A DNA stretch of 64,000 nt from Macrostomum lignano (Eukaryota): the NCBI GenBank assembly GCA_002269645.1, contig NIVC01001457.1:62001-126000 (forward strand), written 5' to 3'. Of this stretch, positions 1 through 28,012 are shown in pieces. Under the pieces are notes generated by a model. That model saw only the letters and a list, made by a program, of their open reading frames with translations, searched no databases and had not been told where the DNA came from. Each line of letters opens with the position of its first letter. Within the stretch, counting starts at the first letter, position 1. The position numbers and the translations under genes were made by a program.

Positions 1-67
1 CTCAGCCGCAGCTATTGCACGGCGCATCTGAAGGCTGCGTACGGCTGTTCAGTCCAAGGACTGGGGG
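1..67 (-). mobile_element. 3' part of a tRNA-derived CORE-type SINE (split by the CACTA-like element)
   Basis: Reverse complement of the 3' body of the SINE at 17110 (CCCCCAGTCCTTGGACTGAACAGCCGTACGCAGCCTTCAG...GCAATAGCTGCGGCTGAG). Confidence 0.88.
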
Positions 68-2707
68 CCCGACCGGAAATAATTGTTCTTTAAATGCGCC
101 AAATAGCACATAAAAAATGAATTGGGGGGAATCCCAAAATAACTGTCGAAACGACACGAAATTTGTGAGAATCGACAATTGGTGGCACAGCTTGGCACAA
201 ATATAACTGTGCCAAGCTGTGCCAATTGGCACATGTGACACAATTAAGAATCAAATTTTTAATTGTGCACTGCTGTGCCACAACTGTGCCACAACTGTGC
301 CAGTTGTCTCAGCTATTTTTGAGTGCTTATAATTGTGCACAACTGTGCCATAAATGTACCATTTGGCACCATACGAGTAAATGTGCAGCTAGAAGCAGTT
401 AAACTAGCGCGTACTGTGCCATTTGGCGTAAATTCTCCAGACGAGTGAATTGCAGTTTAAAGCAGTTGAACTAAGCGCATAATGTGCTATCTGATGCTGT
501 TACAGTTGACCCGTTAGTCAACTACGAGTTATGAAGTGTATGAAGTAGCTAACATTTTGCGAGAAGTCCTTCTCATGTTTAAATGAGGGAAGACAAATTG
601 AAAAGAGTTGTCAATGTAAATTAAACTTTAAAATAATGTTGAGCGCGAACATAAACAGATTAAAACAGTTGGAAAAAGGGATGTTGCATAAATACGTATA
701 TATTTAATGGGAAGTAGCAAATAGGACAAAAAACATGTATAAACCAGGAAAAAGGGGAGGCTGCGGAATTAAAAAATGCATACTAGAAGTTAACGGAAAG
801 AAACATAACAGACAGCGGACATTGGACAGGAAACAAAAAACAACGTAATTAAAAAGCGCGGTGCATGAAAATTGTGGTGCCAGCCAAAGAGTTTACACTT
901 CTAATACATTTGAAACTAAAACATGCAATGTAACAAATTAACTACTGAGTCGACTACACGTGGCACAGGATTTTAATGTAACAACATGTATACATCTAAT
1001 GTATTAATTTAAAAAGCACAAACAAACAACTAGATAAAAAACAAGCAATTAGTGAAACCAACTCCAATACCTCTGTTCCCCTATACTTTTCTAGTTAGAC
1101 AACAAGTCTGATTCCTGGTGCTATTGTAATTTACGAGTCTGGAACTAACTATAGTAATGTAGTTGGTTACTTTATGTGGGAAAGAGCATATTTCCAGGGG
1201 AAAACAAAACCAGAAACATGAGGGAGACAGACCAAGCTAGACGGGTCCCGCATCTGCCAAACAAGTTTAGTTTTGCTAGATGCAACAGCAGATATCCCGC
1301 GCTCAGTCCTCGCGAGTGCATTAGCCGCCTCCGACTGCACAGTGTCAGTGACATTGGCAGCCGCACCTTGACGAAGTTTCTTTACAGGCAAACGTCCGGA
1401 TTGCTTTTCACGCCGACTGACGGTGATGGAGCATCGGACGTAGGCCTTTTCAATCGCTTTCATTGGTTGGGATGTCGATTCCAGCCAGGTAGCAGGCGTG
1501 GCCGACCAGGCTCAGTAGCGCGACCGCTCAACGACGTTACCAAAATCTCGTCGTCGCTGAAGCACCCCGCACCATCTCGCGGAGAAGTGCATTGAGGTTG
1601 GCCGGAGTCGTTGGTTCTTGATATATCCTTACTGGCCGTGACCCTGGTCCGAGCGACGTTGGACGTAAAGGCGAAACCGATTGGCTGCAGAGGTGTTTTT
1701 TAAGGATTGAAGAGCGTTTGAGAGTAACAATAGGATATTTGCGCGATCATAAATGAAGGACTATTAATTTCTTACCGTAGTATAATTTCTTTCCATTGTC
1801 GTCGACCAGCATGTTGTCAACTGTGACGGCTGGGTCCACGAGTTGATCTAGATGGACGGCGAGATGCTGCGTGATCTGCTGCTTTAGTTCTTTTGTAATG
1901 GCGTCAATCAAACGCGGTTGCGCCATTTTCGAGCGTCTGAGCAGATCATGCCGCAAGTTGGGAGTGAAAACCTGCCGGTCATCTGCCAAAATCGAAGCTA
2001 CTGACGTCGCAGCCTCAGTGCAAGTTGCACCGGGTGTGTGTCAAACAGTTTTGTTGGGTAATTAGCAATAAAAAAGGTTATTTGAGCCAAGTGTGCCAAG
2101 AAGGACAAAGACATATAACTGTGTCAAATAGTATAGCTGTGGCACAACTGGTACACTTGTAGTAAGTGCGCCAAGTGTGCCAAATGGTTTCCAAGGGGAA
2201 TTAGCTATAAAAAGGTTATTTGTGCCAGGTGTGCCAAATAGGACATACAAAGACATTTATAACTGTGCTAAATGGTATAGCTGTGGCACAACTGGCACAA
2301 ATGTAGCAAGTGTGCCAAGTGTGCCAATTGGTTTCATTGGCCAATTAGCAGTAAAAATACTATTTGTGTCAAGTGTGCCAAATAGAACATACATCGACAT
2401 TTACAAACTGTGCCAAATGGCATAGCTACGGCACAATTGGTACAATTGTATTAAGTGTGCCAAGTGTGCCAATTGGTTTCATTGGCCAATTAGCAGTAAA
2501 AATACTATTTGTGTCAAGTGTGCCAAATAGAACATACATCGACATTTACAAACTGTGCCAAATGGCATAGCTACGGCACAATTGGTACAATTGTATTAAG
2601 TGTGCCAAATATGACATACAAAGACATTTATAACTCTGTCAAAGGGCATATTTGTGGCACAACTGGCACACTTACTGTTTTTGAAAGGACAAATATTTTC
2701 GGTCGGG
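68..2707. mobile_element. Non-autonomous CACTA/EnSpm(CMC)-like DNA transposon, 2640 bp
   Basis: Imperfect ~27-bp TIRs: CCCGACCGGAAATAATTGTTCTTTAAA (68) vs reverse complement of the right end CCCGACCGAAAATATTTGTCCTTTCAAA (2707). Dense subterminal (T)GTGCCA repeats at ~170-480 and ~2080-2680. It is inserted in the G-run of a SINE, consistent with a 2-3 bp TSD. Confidence 0.8.
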
Positions 2708-2876
2708 GGGTCGCCACACACCCTCAATTACCCCAGCTAATGCTGGCACCCATTTTACAGCTGGGTGAGCCGAAGCAATGCAGAGCTAAGTGTCTTGCTC
2801 AAGGACACAAATTGTTCCGAATGGGTCGAGATTCGAACCCCCGACCTTGCACTCTAACCACTGGGCTACAACCCCC
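2708..2876 (-). mobile_element. 5' part of the same CORE-type SINE
   Basis: Reverse complement reads GGGGTTGTAGCCCAGTGGTTAG...GGTTCGAATC (A/B boxes), then GTGTCCTTGAGCAAGACACTTAGCTCTGCATTGCTTCGGCTCACCCAGCTGTAAAATGGG. Confidence 0.88.
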
Positions 2877-3485
2877 GGCCTACTACTGTATTAGTCTGAA
2901 ATTTAAACATCTCAGTACGAATATACTACTGTCCAGAATAGTCGTAAGTAGTATTAGTAGTATTTTGCTTGGGGGGCTTTGCATAGAGGAAAAAACTGCA
3001 GCTAAGTTTCGGGTACACCCGACCCAGAAACCTTTGCTGCGTAATAAATTGATAGAGTTGAAGTGGAGTGGCGTCTGAACAAATCGATTCGAACCTCACT
3101 GCCGATACTAGCCGTATGTGTTTGGCGGGCTCCAATGTTTAATTCAGCTAAACAGCCAGACGAACCAACCAGAAGACAGAAGTCAACCCCCCCTCAACGC
3201 CTTGGATCGGAAACGAGAGAGTAGAGGGGTAGGCGGCGTATCTTTCGTGTCTTTAAAACTGGTGGCACCGTGAGTGACCCTTGTGGGGCTGCAGTCAAGC
3301 GTGGGCTTCTCCGTTATCAACGTTATCACGCGAATTGAGCTGACCTGGCCAAGTGGAAAACTGCTCTAGAAACAAACACAAGGTCAGGTTTACGAAAGAG
3401 GCGGACAAATTCAAAGCAGTGTTGCTGGGCGGTTTGTTCAATATCTAGCATTGCTGCAGCGCTGATCAACAGGTCCAGATCGGCG

Positions 3486-19576
<16,091 letters not shown>

Positions 19577-20021
19577 AGCGACTGACGGAGCAGCAGCGGT
19601 GGGTTGGTCTTGCGACTTCTAATCACGAATTGAGTCACCATACGCTACAGTGCTTGCATAGCTTGAATACTTTTTAACACGCTTTCTGCTTCAATCCTTC
19701 TAATATTACTTTCAGTAGTAACTACTGAATAATGGACATGCTTGATTTTTTGGCAGCGAATATTGAGCGACTCCATTATTCTTTTTTTCATCTATCAGAA
19801 TTCTGCCTAGGGTTAATTCAAATTGTTTTAAATGCTTATAAGTTGCTTTTTTGGAAATATAGTTCAGCACAGCTATGTTGCTATCTCTTTTAGTTCATTA
19901 TATAAGCAATATCAAGTGATGGCTGCGTCTAAATATTTTAAATTGAGTTTTAACGACTAATATTGCCAATATCTCGCCATAAAGTGAAGCTGGCGTCTCT
20001 TGTTGCTGGCCCCGTGAAAAT

Positions 20022-23000
20022 GGCGCCCTGGATGCTGGCGCCCTGGATGCTGGCGCCCCTTGGTGCTAAAGCCCCTTGGTGCTAAAGCCCCTTGGTGCTA
20101 AAGCCCCTTGGTGCTAAGGCCCTTGGTGCTAAAGCCCCTTGGTGCTAAAGCCCCTTGGTGCTAAAGCCCCTTGGTGCTAAAGCCCCTTGGTGCTAAAGCC
20201 CCTTGGTGCTAAAGCCCCTTGGTGCTAAAGCCCCTTGGTGCTAAAGCCCCTTGGTGCTAAAGCCCCTTGGTGCTAAAGCCCTTGGTGCTAAAGCCCCTTG
20301 GTGCTAAAGCCCCTTGGTGCTAAAGCCCCTTGGTGCTAAAGCCCCTTGGTGCTAAAGCCCCTTGGTGCTAAAGCCCCTTGGTGCTAAAGCCCCTTGGTGC
20401 TAAAGCCCCTTGGTGCTAAAGCCCCTTGGTGCTAAAGCCCCTTGGTGCTAAAGCCCCTTGGTGCTAAAGCCCCTTGGTGCTAAAGCCCCTTGGTGCTAAA
20501 GCCCCTTGGTGCTAAAGCCCCTTGGTGCTAAAGCCCCTTGGTGCTAAAGCCCCTTGGTGCTAAAGCCCCTTGGTGCTAAAGCCCCTTGGTGCTAAAGCCC
20601 CTTGGTGCTAAAGCCCCTTGGTGCTAAAGCCCCTTGGTGCTAAAGCCCCTTGGTGCTAAAGCCCCTTGGTGCTAAAGCCCCTTGGTGCTAAAGCCCCTTG
20701 GTGCTAAAGCCCCTTGGTGCTGGCGCCCTTGGTGCTAAAGCCCCTTGGTGCTAAAGCCCCTTGGTGCTAAAGCCCCTTGGTGCTAAAGCCCCTTGGTGCT
20801 AAAGCCCCTTGGTGCTAAAGCCCCTTGGTGCTGGCGCCCCTTGGTGCTAAAGCCCCTTGGTGCTAAAGCCCCTTGGTGCTAAAGCCCCTTGGTGCTAAAG
20901 CCCCTTGGTGCTAAAGCCCCTTGGTGCTAAAGCCCCTTGGTGCTAAAGCCCCTTGGTGCTAAAGCCCCTTGGTGCTAAAGCCCCTTGGTGCTAAAAAGCC
21001 CCTTGGTGCTAAAGCCCCTTGGTGCTAAAGCCCCTTGGTGCTAAAGCCCCTTGGTGCTAAAGCCCCTTGGTGCTAAAGCCCCTTGGTGCTAAAAAAGCCC
21101 CTTGGTGCTAAAGCCCCTTGGTGCTAAAGCCCCTTGGTGCTAAAGCCCCTTGGTGCTAAAGCCCCTTGGTGCTAAAGCCCCTTGGTGCTGGCGCCCCTTG
21201 GTGCTGGCGCCCCTTGGTGCTAAAGCCCCTTGGTGCTAAAGCCCCTTGGTGCTAAAGCCCCTTGGTGCTAAAGCCCCTTGGTGCTAAAGCCCCTTGGTGC
21301 TAAAGCCCCTTGGTGCTAAAGCCCCTTGGTGCTAAAGCCCCTTGGTGCTAAAGCCCCTTGGTGCTAAAGCCCCTTGGTGCTAAAGCCCCTTGGTGCTGGC
21401 GCCCCTTGGTGCTAAAGCCCCTTGGTGCTAAAGCCCCTTGGTGCTAAAGCCCCTTGGTGCTAAAGCCCCTTGGTGCTAAAGCCCCTTGGTGCTAAAGCCC
21501 CTTGGTGCTAAAGCCCCTTGGTGCTAAAGCCCTTGGTGCTAAGGCCCCTTGGTGCTGGCGCCCCTTGGTGCTGGCGCCCTTGGTGCTAAAGCCCCTTGGT
21601 GCTAAAGCCCCTTGGTGCTAAAGCCCCTTGGTGCTAAAGCCCCTTGGTGCTAAGGCCCCTTGGTGCTGGCGCCCCTTGGTGCTGGCGCCCCTTGGTGCTA
21701 AAGCCCCTTGGTGCTAAAGCCCCTTGGTGCTAAAGCCCCTTGGTGCTAAAGCCCCTTGGTGCTAAAGCCCCTTGGTGCTAAAGCCCCTTGGTGCTGGCGC
21801 CCTTGGTGCTAAAGCCCCTTGGTGCTAAAGCCCCTTGGTGCTAAAGCCCCTTGGTGCTAAAGCCCCTTGGTGCTAAAGCCCCTTGGTGCTAAAGCCCCTT
21901 GGTGCTAAAGCCCCTTGGTGCTAAAGCCCCTTGGTGCTAAAGCCCCTTGGTGCTAAAGCCCCTTGGTGCTAAAGCCCCTTGGTGCTAAAGCCCCTTGGTG
22001 CTAAAGCCCCTTGGTGCTAAAGCCCCTTGGTGCTAAAGCCCCTTGGTGCTAAAGCCCCTTGGTGCTAAAGCCCCTTGGTGCTAAAGCCCCTTGGTGCTAA
22101 AGCCCCTTGGTGCTAAAGCCCCTTGGTGCTAAAGCCCCTTGGTGCTAAAGCCCCTTGGTGCTAAAGCCCCTTGGTGCTAAAGCCCCTTGGTGCTAAAGCC
22201 CCTTGGTGCTAAAGCCCCTTGGTGCTAAAGCCCCTTGGTGCTAAAGCCCCTTGGTGCTAAAGCCCCTTGGTGCTAAAGCCCCTTGGTGCTAAAGCCCCTT
22301 GGTGCTAAAGCCCCTTGGTGCTAAAGCCCCTTGGTGCTAAAGCCCCTTGGTGCTAAAGCCCCTTGGTGCTGGCGCCCCTTGGTGCTAAAGCCCCTTGGTG
22401 CTAAAGCCCCTTGGTGCTGGCGCCCCTTGGTGCTAAAGCCCCTTGGTGCTGGCGCCCCTTGGTGCTAAAGCCCCTTGGTGCTGGCGCCCCTTGGTGCTAA
22501 AGCCCCTTGGTGCTAAAGCCCCTTGGTGCTAAAGCCCCTTGGTGCTAAAGCCCCTTGGTGCTAAAGCCCCTTGGTGCTAAAGCCCCTTGGTGCTAAAGCC
22601 CCTTGGTGCTAAAGCCCCTTGGTGCTAAAGCCCCTTGGTGCTAAAGCCCCTTGGTGCTAAAGCCCCTTGGTGCTAAAGCCCCTTGGTGCTAAAGCCCCTT
22701 GGTGCTAAAGCCCCTTGGTGCTAAAGCCCCTTGGTGCTAAAGCCCCTTGGTGCTAAAGCCCCTTGGTGCTAAAGCCCCTTGGTGCTAAAGCCCTTGGTGC
22801 TAAAGCCCCTTGGTGCTAAAGCCCCTTGGTGCTAAAGCCCCTTGGTGCTAAAGCCCCTTGGTGCTAAAGCCCCTTGGTGCTAAAGCCCCTTGGTGCTAAA
22901 GCCCCTTGGTGCTAAGGCCCCTTGGTGCTGGCGCCCCTTGGTGCTGGCGCCCCTTGGTGCTAAAGCCCCTTGGTGCTAAAGCCCCTTGGTGCTAAAGCCC

Positions 23001-25497
23001 CTTGGTGCTAAAGCCCCTTGGTGCTAAGGCCCCTTGGTGCTGGCGCCCCTTGGTGCTGGCGCCCCTTGGTGCAAAGCCCCTTGGTGCTAAAGCCCCTTGG
23101 TGCTAAAGCCCCTTGGTGCTAAAGCCCCTTGGTGCTAAAGCCCCTTGGTGCTAAAGCCCCTTGGTGCTGGCGCCCCTTGGTGCTAAAGCCCCTTGGTGCT
23201 GGCGCCCCTTGGTGCTAAAGCCCCTTGGTGCTAAAGCCCCTTGGTGCTGGCGCCCCTTGGTGCTAAAGCCCCTTGGTGCTAAAGCCCCTTGGTGCTAAAG
23301 CCCCTTGGTGCTAAAGCCCCTTGGTGCTAAAGCCCCTTGGTGCTAAAGCCCCTTGGTGCTAAAGCCCCTTGGTGCTAAAGCCCCTTGGTGCTAAAGCCCC
23401 TTTGGTGCTAAAGCCCCTTGGTGCTAAAGCCCCTTGGTGCTAAAGCCCTTGGTGCTAAAGCCCCTTGGTGCTAAAGCCCCTTGGTGCTAAAGCCCCTTGG
23501 TGCTAAAGCCCCTTGGTGCTAAAGCCCCTTGGTGCTAAAGCCCCTTGGTGCTAAGGCCCTTGGTGCTGGCGCCCTTGGTGCTGGCGCCCTTGGTGCTAAA
23601 GCCCCTTGGTGCTAAAGCCCCTTGGTGCTAAAGCCCCTTGGTGCTAAAGCCCCTTGGTGCTAAAGCCCCTTGGTGCTAAAGCCCCTTGGTGCTAAAGCCC
23701 CTTGGTGCTAAAGCCCCTTGGTGCTAAAGCCCCCTTGGTGCTAAAGCCCCTTGGTGCTAAAGCCCCTTGGTGCTAAAGCCCCTTGGTGCTAAAGCCCCTT
23801 GGTGCTAAAGCCCCTTGGTGCTAAAGCCCCTTGGTGCTAAAGCCCCTTGGTGCTAAAGCCCCTTGGTGCTAAAGCCCCTTGGTGCTAAAGCCCCTTGGTG
23901 CTAAAGCCCCTTGGTGCTAAAGCCCCTTGGTGCTAAAGCCCCTTGGTGCTAAAGCCCCTTGGTGCTAAAGCCCCTTGGTGCTGGCGCCCTTGGTGCTAAA
24001 GCCCCTTGGTGCTAAAGCCCCTTGGTGCTAAAGCCCCTTGGTGCTAAAGCCCCTTGGTGCTAAAGCCCCTTGGTGCTAAAGCCCCTTGGTGCTAAAGCCC
24101 TTGGTGCTAAAGCCCCTTGGTGCTAAAGCCCCTTGGTGCTAAAGCCCCTTGGTGCTAAAGCCCCTTGGTGCTAAAGCCCCTTGGTGCTAAAGCCCCTTGG
24201 TGCTAAAGCCCCTTGGTGCTAAAGCCCCTTGGTGCTAAAGCCCCTTGGTGCTAAAGCCCCTTGGTGCTAAAGCCCCTTGGTGCTAAAGCCCCTTGGTGCT
24301 AAAGCCCCTTGGTGCTAAAGCCCCTTGGTGCTAAAGCCCCTTGGTGCTAAAGCCCTTGGTGCTAAAGCCCCTTGGTGCTAAAGCCCCTTGGTGCTAAAGC
24401 CCTTGGTGCTAAAGCCCCTTGGTGCTAAAGCCCCTTGGTGCTAAAGCCCTTGGTGCTAAAGCCCCTTGGTGCTAAAGCCCCTTGGTGCTAAGCCCCTTGG
24501 TGCTAAAGCCCCTTGGTGCTAAAGCCCCTTGGTGCTAAAGCCCCTTGGTGCTAAAGCCCCTTGGTGCTAAAGCCCCTTGGTGCTAAAGCCCCTTGGTGCT
24601 AAAGCCCCTTGGTGCTAAAAAAGCCCCTTGGTGCTAAAGCCCCTTGGTGCTAAAGCCCCTTGGTGCTAAAGCCCCTTGGTGCTAAAGCCCCTTGGTGCTA
24701 AAGCCCCTTGGTGCTAAAGCCCCTTGGTGCTAAGGCCCCTTGGTGCTAAAGCCCCTTGGTGCTAAAAAAGCCCTTGGTGCTAAAGCCCCTTGGTGCTAAA
24801 GCCCCTTGGTGCTAAAGCCCCTTGGTGCTAAAGCCCCTTGGTGCTAAAGCCCCTTGGTGCTAAAGCCCCTTGGTGCTAAAAAAGCCCCTTGGTGCTAAAG
24901 CCCCTTGGTGCTAAAGCCCCTTGGCGCTAAAGCCCCTTGGTGCTAAAGCCCCTTGGTGCTAAAGCCCCTTGGTGCTAAAGCCCCTTGGTGCTAAAGCCCC
25001 TTGGTGCTGGCGCCCCTTGGTGCTAAAGCCCCTTGGTGCTAAAGCCCCTTGGTGCTAAAGCCCCTTGGTGCTAAAGCCCCTTGGTGCTAAAGCCCCTTGG
25101 TGCTAAAGCCCCTTGGTGCTAAAGCCCCTTGGTGCTAAAGCCCCTTGGTGCTAAAGCCCCTTGGTGCTAAAGCCCCTTGGTGCTAAAGCCCTTGGTGCTA
25201 AAGCCCCTTGGTGCTAAAGCCCCTTGGTGCTAAAGCCCCTTGGTGCTAAAGCCCCTTGGTGCTAAAGCCCCTTGGTGCTAAAGCCCCTTGGTGCTAAAGC
25301 CCTTGGTGCTAAAGCCCCTTGGTGCTAAAGCCCCTTGGCGCTAAAGCCCCTTGGTGCTAAAGCCCCTTGGTGCTAAAGCCCCTTGGTGCTAAAGCCCCTT
25401 GGTGCTAAAGCCCCTTGGTGCTAAAGCCCCTTGGTGCTAAAGCCCCTTGGTGCTAAAGCCCCTTGGCGCTAAAGCCCCTTGGTGCTAAAGCCCCCTG
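20022..25497. repeat. ~5.5-kb satellite, 16-bp unit GCCCCTTGGTGCTAAA (variant GCCCCTTGGTGCTGGC)
   Basis: Continuous tandem array of roughly 340 units. Confidence 0.98.
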
Positions 25498-25695
25498 GCT
25501 TTAAGGCTTTTAAGAATTATAAGCAATGAACCCAAAGAATACTGGTTTTATAACGTAGGGATGAAGTTTTGAAGAAGTCGACCCCTGGATGTGAGCGCTC
25601 ACTAGGCGATGTTTACAGACTTCAGCAGGAAAGTCCAACCAGTTTATTTCAAAATATTAATATATGTAGCATGCACGGCGTCCTTTTTAAACAGA

Positions 25696-25955
25696 GGTTG
25701 TTAGAGCGTCGGACTTACGACTTGAAGGTCGTGGGTTCGATTCCTGATCCCACTGAGCAAGACACGTAACTCTGCATTGCTTCAGTTCACCCAGCTGTAA
25801 AATGGGTGCCAGCATTAGCTGGGGTAACTGAGGGTGTGTGGCGACCCCCAGTCTTTAGACTGAACAGCCGTACGCAGCCTTCAGATGGCTGAGCTGTCGG
25901 TTGCGCATCTGCCCATTGGGGCAGGTGCAAACAATTATTATTGTTCTTATTGTTA
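25696..25955 (+). mobile_element. tRNA-derived CORE-type SINE copy
   Basis: Highly similar to 17110-17406 (GGTTCGATTCCTGATCCCACTGAGCAAGACAC...GCTGTAAAATGGGTGCCAGCATTAGCTGGGGTAA), with an ATT/TTA tail. Confidence 0.88.
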
Positions 25956-26414
25956 ATGTTTATTGAATATAAACAATTGTGGATAATATCTGCATCTCAA
26001 ACCATCAGAAAATGCGCACTCATGGCAAGCATCCCAACCATCAGGGGGGTCCTCCATTTCAAAGAATGGAATGCAAAGATTTAAATAATAATTTATTGTC
26101 AAGTGTTTCGCACTCTGCCAAAATTGTTGTAAAATTTTCTTTCTGCAAGAGTTCCAAGGTGGCAAAGGAATGGCTTGCTTTATTTGGCAGCGTCTTTATG
26201 CAGTCTACCATTGTGCTGGCAAGGTGTGAATTCGCGGTACAGAGCAGATGGACCCTGGCCTGGCGATGTGTGCGGCCTCGCCTTGGGCTGTGGCACAAAT
26301 TTTTTTTGTTATTTGGCGAGCAGCCAATGTTAAACGAAAGCTCGATGCAGTAAAACTGACTATTTATTCAAGTGTTTTAAGTTCAAAATGGCGCTTTACA
26401 GACGTCCATTGCTG

Positions 26415-27228
26415 AGACGTCAATTCTCATGGGGAATTGCTGAGGTGTCAATTCTCATGGGGAATTGCTGAGGTGTCAATTCTCATGGGGGAAATTGCTG
26501 AGTTGTTAAGGCTCATGGGGAATTGCTGAGATGTCAGTGCTCATGGGGAATTGCTGAGATGTCAGTGCTCATGGGGAATTGCTACGACGTCAATGCTCAT
26601 GGGGGAATCTCTGAGATGTCAATGCTCATTGGGGAATCTTTGAGATGTCAACACTCAATAGGGGAATTGCTGAGTTGTCAATTCTCATGGGGGAATTGCT
26701 GAGATGTCAATTCTCATGGGGGAATTGCTGAGATGTCAATGCTCATGGGGGAATTGCTGAGATGTCAATGCTCATGGGGGAATTGCTGAGACGTCAAGGC
26801 TCATGGGGAATTGCTGAGATGTCAATGCTCATGGGGGAATTGCTGAGATGTCAATGCTCATGGGGAATTGCTGAGATGTCAATGCTCATTGGGGAATCTT
26901 TGAGATGCCAACACTCAATAGGGGAATTGCTGAGTTGTCAATTCTCATGGGGGAATTGCTGAGATGTCAATGCTCATGGGGGAATTGCTGAGATGTCAAT
27001 GCTCATGGGGGAATTGCTGAGTTGTCAATGCTCATGGGGGAATTGCTGAGATGTCAAGGCTCATGGGGGAATTGCTGAGTTGTCAATGCTCATGGGGGAA
27101 TTGCTGAGATATCAGTGCCTATGGGAGAATCGCTGAGTTGTCAAGGCTCATGGGGGAATTGCTGAGATGTCAGCAATTCTGAGATGTCCTTCATCAGCAA
27201 GGCTCATGGGGGAATTGCTGAGATGAAT
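26415..27228. repeat. ~30-bp minisatellite TCAATGCTCATGGGGGAATTGCTGAGATG
   Basis: Tandem array. Confidence 0.93.
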
Positions 27229-27699
27229 AAAATTTGGCAAATTACAGACAGTCGCTATGTCAGCTCTGGACAATGTTGTATGCGCTGTATGCAATAGCAT
27301 AGCATGCATTGAATGCAAACGTATTTTAAAGGCGTGGTCACTTCAAGCAGATCTATTTGCTTGGAGCAACTCTCCTTTTGCTGGGTCTGGGTGTCTGCTT
27401 AATAATCTTGTATGAGAGGCGCACGAATGTCTACCTACCTGATGATGAAGGATAAAATTGGAAAGTTGTTAAAGAGAAAGAAGAGACGAGACGAGAGCGC
27501 ACTAGGGGGGGGGGGAGGGGGGGTTGAGCCTAGGATTTCAAGTGCGTGTGCTGTAAGACTAGTATGAATGAATCATATGCTTCACCCTCACCAACCCCTT
27601 TCCTTCTCGCTTTTGCATCGAGTCCTCGAACAAGAAGATATGGAAGCTGGAGTGTTAATTAAGTAAGTCGAGCTATACCAGAATACCTAGGTTACTCTG

Positions 27700-28012
27700 T
27701 TTATCGTCAATTCAGTGCCACAGACAAGAGTTTATCGTCAATTCAGTGCCACAGACAAGAGTTTATCATCAATTCAGTGCCACAGACAAGAGTTTATCAT
27801 CAATTCAGTGCCACAGACAAGAGTTTATCATCAATTCAGTGCCACAGACAAGAGTTTATCATCAATTCAGTGCCACAGACAAGAGTTTATCATCAATTCA
27901 GTGCCACAGACAAGAGTTTATCATCAATTCAGTGCCACAGACAAGAGTTTATCGTCAATTCAGTGCCACAGACAAGAGTTTATCATCAATTCAGTGCCAC
28001 AGACAAGAGTTT
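27700..28012. repeat. 31-bp minisatellite TCAATTCAGTGCCACAGACAAGAGTTTATCA
   Basis: About 10 near-perfect copies. Confidence 0.96.

Noticed and set aside
20022-25497. Telomeric or interstitial telomere array
   Set aside because: The unit is not TTAGGG-like beyond a superficial TTTAG..GGGG, and genes flank both sides.
25953-26353. Overlapping short ORFs after the SINE
   Set aside because: No recognisable motif, no splice structure, broken frames.
27700-28012. 31-bp direct repeats resembling a CRISPR array (also the 36- and 41-bp arrays)
   Set aside because: Head-to-tail units with no unique spacers, no cas genes, eukaryotic context.
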